From Lama guanicoe (Eukaryota), in NCBI GenBank assembly GCA_013239625.1, contig MU056254.1, forward strand, positions 2,025,675 to 2,089,674: a DNA stretch of 64,000 nucleotides, written 5' to 3'. Position 1 is the stretch's first letter, and each line of letters starts with the position of its first letter. Under the pieces are notes generated by a model that saw only the letters and a list, made by a program, of their open reading frames with translations, was not told where the DNA came from and did no database searches. The position numbers and the translations under genes are program-made. Positions 54,696 to 64,000 of the stretch are shown here, piece by piece.

Positions 54696-55578
54696 AGGAA
54701 CCACTTCTCCAGGTGATAAGTGAACATAATACGTTTCAGAAAGGCAAGCATTTTAAGGGTGACTGAAGATTGCTTGAAAACCTGTGGATGCGTTGGCTTT
54801 TTTGGTACGAGCTGGGACAGGTGGCCCCGGGAGGGAACTTCTCTGTATTGGGTGGGATGCTTGCTTCCTTCCTGGTACCATTTCAAGTGAGCTCTGTATG
54901 GAGCCACGAGGACGGTGGTGCCCTGTCCTGGGGACATTCCACTGACCCACACACAAGACAACCCAGACAGGTGCCTGGAGGCTTGTGACCGACCTAGGAC
55001 CTCCTGTCCTTATACGGGCAGCCTCGCCCACCCACCTGCACAGGCATCAGCGGGGAAGGGGTCTGGCTTCCCCTTAACCCTGGGGGCAAGTGCAGAAGGC
55101 AGAGGAGGGTGAGTGGAGTGTCTGGGGAGGGGACAGGTCCTGCCCACTGCCTCCAACTGCAGAAGGACCTCAGCCGTGTTTGCCCCCATGGTTAGTAAGT
55201 TGTCTTGAGTAGGGAGCAGGGGAAAGCAGACTCTCCTGGCGTTTTTGAGTGAGTGCGCACATACCAAACACAGTCTAAACGTCCCTCATGAGAAAGCTGT
55301 GATGAGAACTCCAAGAACATGGTGTTTTCAGTCCCAGCAGAATTCTCCATCCTCTTCACAGGCCAGCACTGGCTGTGATGTGCTAACCACACCCTGCATT
55401 TAAATGGGACATCGCGCGCTTTATAAGGTGTTTTCCCAAGAGAGCCTGACTTTGCCCTTGAGATAGGTCAGTGATAGTCCCTGTTTCCTTGATGAACAAA
55501 CCACAGCTTGGAAGCTCACCTCAAATCATGGAAATAGTAAATTCTATCATTGGGAAGTACCAGAAGGTCCAGCTGGTT

Positions 55579-55788
55579 CAGAGGTCAGCCAGCTACGGCC
55601 TGCGGGCCAGATCTGGCCCAACGCTTGTTTGTGTCAATAAAGTTTTATTGGAAAGCAGTCATGCCCATTCGTTTTCCTATTGGCTGAGCTGCTTTCTCAC
55701 TACAACCGGCAGAGCTGGGTAGTTGCAACAGAGATATATGCCTAAAATATTGAGTCTGGGCCTTCCCGGAAACCATCACTGACCTCTG
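55579..55788. mobile_element. MER58-like hAT element with intact terminal inverted repeats
   Basis: TIRs cagaggtcag (55579-55588) and ctgacctctg (55779-55788); core ggcctgcgggccagatctggccc...aataaagttttattggaa. Confidence 0.85.
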
Positions 55789-55917
55789 ATTCAGTCTCAC
55801 AGCCACCTGTTCTAGAGAGGGATGGAGGCCCAGAGCTGGAAGAGCTTGCCCAAGGTCCCACGGCTGGTTTGCTTTTCCCGTGTGGCCTGGAACCCTTTCC
55901 TGGCTCCACATCGATGA

Positions 55918-56175
<258 letters not shown>

Positions 56176-57529
56176 TAGGGGTAGCAGGGGCGTTGGAAGA
56201 TGCTAATCCAATGGTCCCACTTCCTAGTGGGGAGTTTGAAAAGACGGCCAGACCTGTGAGCCTCTGTAGTGAGAAACCCAGAGGCGTGTTTAATTGTGAT
56301 TCCAAGACCTGTTGTACGTGAGCAAGGTGTTAAAGTGTCAGGCCTCCCTGGATGCTCTCGAAAGGTTAGCTGCTTTTATTCCAGCATTTGGCTAAATAAA
56401 TGCTGGTCTTTGCACCCTCTGTGTGCGGGGAGCTCTTGGGGGGTGGTTGAGGAAAACCCAGTGCACAGCACACACTGGAATCTGTCTCGGGCACCTGCAG
56501 GTGAGGTAAGAGTCAGGAAGGGAGAGTGGGTGTGATGTCCGGTGTTAGGGAGACACTGGTGAACCATGCGGAGCACAGAGAGAGGAGAGGGTGTTTCCAT
56601 TGGAAGGAGGAGGCTTCCTGGAAGAAGCGACATTGTGTTCCTTTTCACCGCAAGGCAACTGTGGTAAAAAGAAGGGACAGAGTGACCAGCCCCAGCTCCA
56701 GCCGCCTCCACAGTCCCACAGGAGCATCGGCCAACAATGTGAAGTTGAAGCCTCCCTGAGAAAAACCTAGAGACATATTTTATCCCCAGCTGCCTGCAGC
56801 TTCAACAGGGATCTGCTTAAAACCCAAGAATGTTCTGGATCTTGGAGGCTTCTTTGTGGGCCAGGTGTCATCTTTTGGGGTCCTGCCCTGAGAGACCCTA
56901 TGCTGTGGGTTAGAACTTGGGGGTCCCGAAGCCACCCCATCACTCCAGGTCCAGCCTGCAGGGTTGGGGTCAAGACGGCATCTGGGATCGGGCGCCAGCT
57001 CCCCGGGGACACTCAGGAGCCTGAGAACCTTGGCTTGTCAGCCTTTAGAGGGAGCATCAAACTATTCAGCGGAACATGACCCTTCCTTGAAAATGACCCT
57101 CTTGCAGCCAGAGCTCAAACGAACAGATACTCAAAGTCCACTCATTCCAGGCAATGACCAGTTCCTATAAATCCCATCTAGGCTACAGCTCAGTAACCCG
57201 GATGGCCTTTGGGGCTGTTTCCTATAGGATTTCACCTCTCCCGTGGAAATAAGTCTGCGTCTCTGCTCTTGTCCTGGTCGGCAGTGCTCTCTGGGCCACT
57301 GTCTGTCCTCATCGGAGCCCCTGCCCAGCACCGGGCCTCTCTCTTCTTGGAATCACCTCTCTCGGCTTCTGGAACATGGGTCTCTCCTGGTTCTCCTCCC
57401 ACCTCTCTGCTGCTCCCTCAGAGTATTGCCTCAGTCCGTGGGCCCCACATTTTTCTCTCTGCATTTATCCTAAGTGACCTCGCTCAGCCCCAAGACTTCA
57501 AACTCCCCACAGGCGCCGCCTCGCTTTGA

Positions 57530-58012
<483 letters not shown>

Positions 58013-58152
58013 TAAGCCTGGAGGAAGAAATGGGGAAATGCCTTTTTTTTTTTTTTACGTTACACGGAGAAGACGGACAGGCTCTGCAGCAGGTGGGCAG
58101 GGTTTTCTCTCCCAGCTCACTGATGCTGACCGATGTTCACCCCGCTTTACAG

Positions 58153-58251
58153 CTAGGATACAGCCCCTTGCACCAGGCAGCTCAGCAAGGACATACAGAC
58201 ATCGTGACACTGCTTCTCAAAAACGGTGCTTCCCCAAACGAGGTCAGCTCG
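58153..58251 (+). CDS. ANK1: ANK1 exon 20 (99 nt; AR23) [33 protein letters not shown]
   Basis: ttacag| ... TCG|gtgagt. Confidence 0.98.
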
Positions 58252-59260
58252 GTGAGTACCCACCTGGTTCCTGATTTCGGAGAATGGCTCTCATGGGCAG
58301 CCCTGAATGATGGAGGCACCGCCCATCCTACTGCGGGTCTGGGGCCTGGACGGGCTGCAGCACCAGCCGCCCCCGGCTCCCCAGGGCGTGGGGTGCTGTG
58401 ATCAGTCTGTCTTTCTGGAAGACTGAAAGTTAGATGTCAAAACCCTTTTTAAAATTTGTGAAGCTGCTCTCAGTACGGTGTGAGTGGACAAAACCAAATG
58501 TCTTCGGTGGGGGTTCATGATGTTGGGGGGAACTTGGGGTCTTCAGTGGGGTCGGTGATCACTGCTGAGTGTGACTTTCCTCACCTGCCGATGTGATTGT
58601 CAGATTTGCTAAGTTCTCTCCATGGCCTCTTGGAAAGTGCGTGGACCTTTGACTGTCGGTGTGGTTGCTGAAACTAACCGTGGATGGGGCTGAATCTGCG
58701 TGGGGCACATCCTGGATCTGGGGAACTTAAAGCCTCATCGTCAATTTAGTTTCACTTAGCGCTTCCTCTTAAAATCAGGGTAGAAACATGCCCCACCTCT
58801 ATTTTTGGTGATTTGGGATCCCCGATTGGCCTGAAAAGAGTCACGAAGTGTGTGGATTATTTTAAGGATTTTAACACTCAGTAACTGACACCCAGAGAAG
58901 TGGCACTGGGGCCGTGAGCTGTACTCCCTCGGACCCTCCTGTTCCGACAAGCGCCCCTGGTGCCTTCCTGACCCCCGACCTTCCTGCTGCCCCCCACCCC
59001 CGGCTGCTCTTGGCTTGTGGTGGAAAGATCCCCTGCTCTCGGTCAAGGCCCCCCCGCACCCAGCGCTGCAGAGGGAAGTACCGCCACCTCCTCACTGCCG
59101 CACCCCGCCTTTGGGGGCAGCATTGCTCCACACGTCTGGGCTCACACATGTGTGCAGGGGTCGTGCTCTGGGCTGCATGCAGGCCCTTTGGAATTAGGGT
59201 GAGGTTGGCCTGTATCAGGGGGTAGGTCTGATCGCGCCCTCCGTCTGCTGTTGTCCCCAG

Positions 59261-59353
59261 AATGGAACCACACCTCTGGCCATAGCCCGGCGCCTGGGCT
59301 ACATCTCCGTAACAGACGTGCTCAAGGTTGTCACCGATGAAACCAGTGTCGTG
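59261..59353 (+). CDS. ANK1: ANK1 exon 21 (93 nt; AR24) [31 protein letters not shown]
   Basis: ccccag| ... GTG|gtacgt. Confidence 0.97.
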
Positions 59354-59555
59354 GTACGTCCGCTCCTCCCCTGAACAGCCCCCCATCGGGGACACACAGC
59401 CTGACAGCCAGGGAGCCCCGTGAGATACCCCGGGAAGCCGAGCGCCTTCTGGGGTTCTGGGACTCCTGCAGGGAGCTCATCCCCAAAAGATGGGCGGAAG
59501 GGGGGTGTGGGGGGAGGGGAGTAGGGGTGGTCCTCCTCCCTCAGGCGGAGCTATA

Positions 59556-59571
59556 CTGCCACCTAGTGGCC
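59556..59571 (-). promoter_or_regulatory. Strong CTCF core motif
   Basis: Minus strand GGCCACTAGGTGGCAG fits CCASYAGRKGGCRS with no mismatch. Occupancy unknown. Confidence 0.6.
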
Positions 59572-59808
59572 GGAGGAGTTGTGGCCGCAGCAGATGGGGT
59601 TGGGGGCAGGGACAGGGAACTGGAGGCTGGCGGTTCCTGTGTCCCTCTCTGGTTCCTTCCGGACCCCAGCCTCCCTGTGATTTTCTTCATTTGGGACAAA
59701 CCTCCTTTCCCATCTCCTTCCTGTCTCCATAGTCATAGCCAGCTAAGTGCTACTTCCATGGAAGGGCCCACTACTCTGGGTTGAATTCTCTGCTTTTTCT
59801 CATTTTAG

Positions 59809-60006
<198 letters not shown>

Positions 60007-60577
60007 TAAAGATGTGGTCCATTATCAGAAATGCCCCTGAAGTGTAATTTTAGGAGAAGGAACCCTGCATCTCAGAGGTTAAAATATAAAATCCCACAAA
60101 TTTTCATAAAGACACGTGTGTCTGCATATATCATATGTGGAGTGCAGTTCTACTCAGATCAGCTCTCAGAGCCATGAGGAACTGTGATAAAATTCCACCT
60201 GATGCGTTCCCTGTGCTGTTATATTTAAAATCTGTTAAGAATTCCTTTTAATAATAGGCTGCTGTTCTGACCACCTAGCGGGTCAGTAAGTTTGGGGAGG
60301 AATCCATTATGAAATTGCTACAGTTTCTCCATCCATGAGCCGCCGAGTCCTTGTAGCATTTTTCCTGCCCCAAGTGAGCGTGTCTCCTCTTGGAAGAGAA
60401 GCCTTATCATATAAAAGGGGGAGCTGGACTGGATTATGTCCCTTCCGTCCTGGTAATTCGGTGGCTGTAGAGCTTTGTCACCTAGATGGTGAGCGCTCTC
60501 CTGTGTTAGAGATGTGTCTCGCTTGAACTGAGTTCAATCCTGTCCTTCCTTAAACGTGACTCTTCTTTGCTTTCCAG

Positions 60578-60601
60578 GAACCGCTCATATAACTATAATG
60601 G
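60578..60601 (+). CDS. ANK1: ANK1 alternative 24-nt microexon adding (G)TAHITIM(G)
   Basis: tcttctttgctttccag|GAACCGCTCATATAACTATAATGG|gtatga; phase 1-1 and frame-preserving. Matches the EDEG-TAHI(T/S)IMG insert I recall from human and mouse ANK1 isoforms. Confidence 0.88.
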
Positions 60602-61480
60602 GTATGAGACACTTTCTGTTCCCTGTGATCCTTCCTTTCTCATGAGTGCATTTCACCCCGAGCGATCCAGGCTCTCACTAATCCATCCATGCTTTCCACC
60701 CTGCTCTGACCGCTAACAATCGGAGCTTGACTAAAACAGGAAATGTCCGCCCATAAGATCCATGCCCTGGCGGGCAGCTCCCGCGGGTCCATGTGTGTGT
60801 CTGTACCCCTGCCACCGTGTCTGTGACCATAGCTGCATGAGCTGTCGTGATTCCATCCTGTCGGCGCCAGATCACACCCCGGGACACGCCCTGCCGAGTG
60901 ACAGTAAACAGCCCTGCCAGGTCGAGGGCTCCAACCCCAGTTCAGAAAAGGAGAGGGAAACAGAGAGGCAGAGGTCTGGGCTGCAGACATAGTTTGAGCC
61001 TCCTTGTGATGGGTTCAGGAAATCATGAGGTTTCCCGCCACCGTGGTGACAGAAGTCCCTAGAGCCTTTCAGAATAGATGGGTTCCGTTCCACGGTGGTT
61101 TCTTCTTCTGGAGCGTGTGGTGTGGGCAAGAACAGAAACACCTCTTTCTTTGGTGTCACTGCACACCCTACAAGGGTGTTTTGAAGTGGAACTTGTCAGG
61201 CAAAGAAAGTGCTTCCTGGTTGGTTTTTTTGTTGTTACTTTTTTTCTCCTACAAAGCCTGGTGCAGACTGAGATGTCAGGGCTGGCTGCCCGGCTCCGGG
61301 TGCCAGGGCTGGAGGAACGGGGATGGTGGAAGACCTTGTTCATGGTCCCACCTCCAAGCACCAGAGACCTGCCTCCGCTCCTCAGGGACGAGCGTTGAGA
61401 GGAGGCGCGGGGAAAGCACGTTTTCCAAAAGAAAGAGGGGATCTCCATCCGCTCACTTACGGAAACTTGTGTGGTTTCAG

Positions 61481-61577
61481 GGGAAGAACTTGTCAGCTCC
61501 AAGGCTGAGAAGCAGGATTCCAGGGATGTAGATGAAGAGAAAGAGCTGCTGGACTTCGTGCCGAAGCTGGACCAAGT
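61481..61577 (+). CDS. ANK1: ANK1 exon 23 (97 nt) (G)[31 protein letters not shown](V)
   Basis: tttcag| ... AGT|gtaaga; phase 1 to 2. Confidence 0.97.
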
Positions 61578-62608
61578 GTAAGAAGCGTTTATGGTGTGGG
61601 AGGCCGAGGTCCACCCCTGGGACTCATTGCAGAAGGATTTCAGAGCCAGGGAGGTCCCACGAAGGCCACGTTAGGCTAAGCTGGCTCTGTACCCGGAGCG
61701 CCAGGTGGGGACAGAGGCCTCCCCTCCGGCGCGCTGTCCTCTCCAGCATCCCTGCTTCCCATGTTCCTCCCCCTCCTCGTTCACAGTCTCCTATCCACGC
61801 CCCTCCCCCTCTCAGCTTCTCACCAGAAAAATCTATGAAGGGAGGTTCCCACTAGAAACCGTTGCCAGGCTGAGCTCAAATGCCAACCACATCCCTCCAT
61901 TGGCCGATCCATTAGGGAAAACCCACGAAGGATTTGGGTCTGCCCGGAACATGTTTCTCATTCCTCCCTATGATGCTCTAAGCTCTTCGAACCCGGGTCC
62001 ATGGCACTCATGGATATTTTGTGCATAAATCTAAAAGCAACAACTTTGTAGAAACCCTGAGCCCTCGGTGGTCTCTGAAAAGACAGACACGTGCCAGCCT
62101 GGTCCCATGGCTTGTCCAAAGCAGGGCAGTGGGACAAGGGCAAGTGAAACTACAATTAGTATTTACTGGACATCAGAGACTCAGACCCTGACCACGAAGC
62201 ACCCATTAGGTAGGATCAAAATACACACCAAAAGCGGTCATGTTGTGATGGAGGATAAGATGTTATGGTCAGAGTGAGGGTTCCCTCAACAAGGGGGTCC
62301 AAGTCTGCAGAACTGGGGTGGTGAGCTCGGGAAGACTTCCTGGAGGAGGCGAGTCCTTCTGCTCAGCGAGGTTGGGAAGGACAGTCAGGCTCTGGGGAAA
62401 GGCATGGAGGCCAAGGGAGGAGGCTGGTCAGTGTATGGAGGCCAAGATGCACCACGCTTGCCGGTGGGGCTTCCGGCGATGGTGAGGGGGTCGGACTGGA
62501 TAGGTGATTCTGGGGGTACAGAAGTGTTTCGCTTAGACCTCCCATGGAAGATGAGGGGGCTTCTCCGAAGGCGCATCCCCTTGATTTCCCAATGTTCCGG
62601 GCGCACAG

Positions 62609-62687
62609 GGTGGAATCCCCAGCCATCCCGCGGATCCCGTGCGTCACACCCGAGACGGTGGTGATCAGACCCGAGGAGCCAGAACAG
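62609..62687 (+). CDS. ANK1: ANK1 exon 24 (79 nt) (V)[26 protein letters not shown]
   Basis: gcacag| ... CAG|gtagga; phase 2 to 0. Confidence 0.97.
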
Positions 62688-64000
62688 GTAGGAAGCGTCC
62701 TTTCTGTGACTTCCTCTTTGCAGTGAGCAGGTGCCCGGGGACTGTGATGCTCTGGGATGCCCTGCAGTAGGACAGGACCTAACGGATGGAAGCGTGTAGC
62801 ATTTACCAAGCCCTGCGGAGCAGGATTCCATGTGTTGTTTGTGGCGTCTGCGCTGCCCGTGGCCTTATTATTCCAGCTGTTAATGGTCCACGTCTCAGAG
62901 GGCGTGGGAAATGCTCTGACGCGAGTCCAGCCACGACTGAGGCTGAGACCTGATGCCAGACATTCTGGCTCCAAAGCCCATGTTGTCACCACCACATGCC
63001 GTCTGCACCCATGGGGGCCTCGGTGCCAGAAAAGGAGCTGAGGGCAAACCTGGAACTCTGAACTCCTTTTCTTTCCCATCCAGGAAAAAGAGGACAGTTT
63101 CTGACTCACCTTCATCTAGGGATCACTGGGAGCTTAAAATACCCACACAGACAAGACAGGGGTGTCAGAGAGCTCTTCCCAGCGTGGGCTGTGACTCATT
63201 ATAGTGGCCTATTTTGTGGCTTCGCTGGGTGTCACCTGAATTTGCCCCCCACTTGGGCAGGATAGTTTAAAACAACTGAATTTCTCTAGGTTTAATTTTA
63301 TGCCACTTGGTACTTTTATTTTCTTCAGGCAAAGGGATTTCGTAGGACAGAAAAGAAAGCCATGCGGTGTTTGGAGGTTGCAGATGACAGCCCGGGGGCC
63401 TGATAACTGAGCCCGGGTTGTCGGTTTTCCAGCTGAAGCTGGTCTCCTCCTCGCCACTGAAGGGCACTTGTCTGAAAGCAGCGGCCGTAGCCCTGGGCCC
63501 AAAGGTGGCGCAGGGAAAAGGTGGCTGTGACGCCGTCCCCAGGGCACATCAGAATGGTGTGATGCAGGTGTCTCACCCCGGGCAGCATTTGGGGGATCTG
63601 GTCAGTTATGGCCCTGGGATTGCTGTGACCCATCCCCCCACCTCGATGCTGCTGGAGCTGGTGATGAAATGAACTGAGTAGTCCTGGATCCACTGGCTCC
63701 CTGATCCACTGGCTCTCTGACCCTTTGCTTAAGTCATGCCCTTGAGTCAGGAGGTGTTTCCTGGATCCCGCTGTGCACCCTGCTGGGGGCCTTATGTGGG
63801 AGGATGTGGGAGCAGATGGTCCAGCTGGGGAGGGGGCTTGGGCCTGTGAACGTAGTAAACCCAGGATGCAGGGAGAGTGAATGCAGAAGGGCTCAGCTGT
63901 GTGGTGGAAGCTCTTCCAGATCAGAGTCAACGGGAAAGGTTCACAGAGGAGGCGAGATGTGAAATACAAGTAGGGTCAGCCAGTGAAGGAGAGGGACCTG

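Noticed and set aside
61257-61326. Possible extra exon after the strong pyrimidine tract at about 61225-61250
   Set aside because: An acceptor-like aaag or gcag is present, but I found no convincing donor and the peptide is not ankyrin-like.
63084-63104. Acceptor-like ttcccatccag as the start of exon 25
   Set aside because: Reads EKEDSF then stop, not the expected ASKEYDEDS-like peptide. Exon 25 must lie beyond the window.

Overview
Mammalian genomic DNA, almost certainly a camelid (Camelus/Vicugna/Lama), judged from Vic-1-type tRNA-derived SINEs. The whole window lies inside the ankyrin-1 gene (ANK1, ankyrin-R) on the + strand. I traced 23 constitutive coding exons, numbered 2-24 by analogy to human. 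They span 11287-62687, total 2610 nt (870 codons), have canonical GT-AG boundaries and an unbroken frame. They encode all 24 ankyrin repeats of the membrane-binding domain plus the start of the acidic linker. There is also a CpG-island first exon (ATG 4827, MAARQGRSGPDAA) that splices in frame to exon 2, and a 24-nt in-frame cassette microexon (60578-60601). The erythroid first exon, the spectrin-binding and death-domain exons and the 3' end lie outside the window. Introns carry ordinary L1, L2, MIR, MLT1, MER and Tigger relics, plus five N-runs that look like length-preserving masks. I see no new protein-coding system. The best leads are: (1) a compact MEF2/C-rich/TATA promoter-like module with a splice donor in intron 16, which could produce an N-truncated ankyrin-R; (2) the microexon with a neuronal/muscle splicing-motif signature and a strong CTCF motif nearby; (3) a 278-bp poly(A)-tailed retroposed insertion with a 13-bp target-site duplication; (4) a perfect 37-bp duplication of an NRF1-type palindrome before exon 3; (5) substitutions concentrated in repeats 13-24, of interest given camelid elliptical red cells. 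Repeat family names and human/mouse protein comparisons come from memory and were not checked by search.
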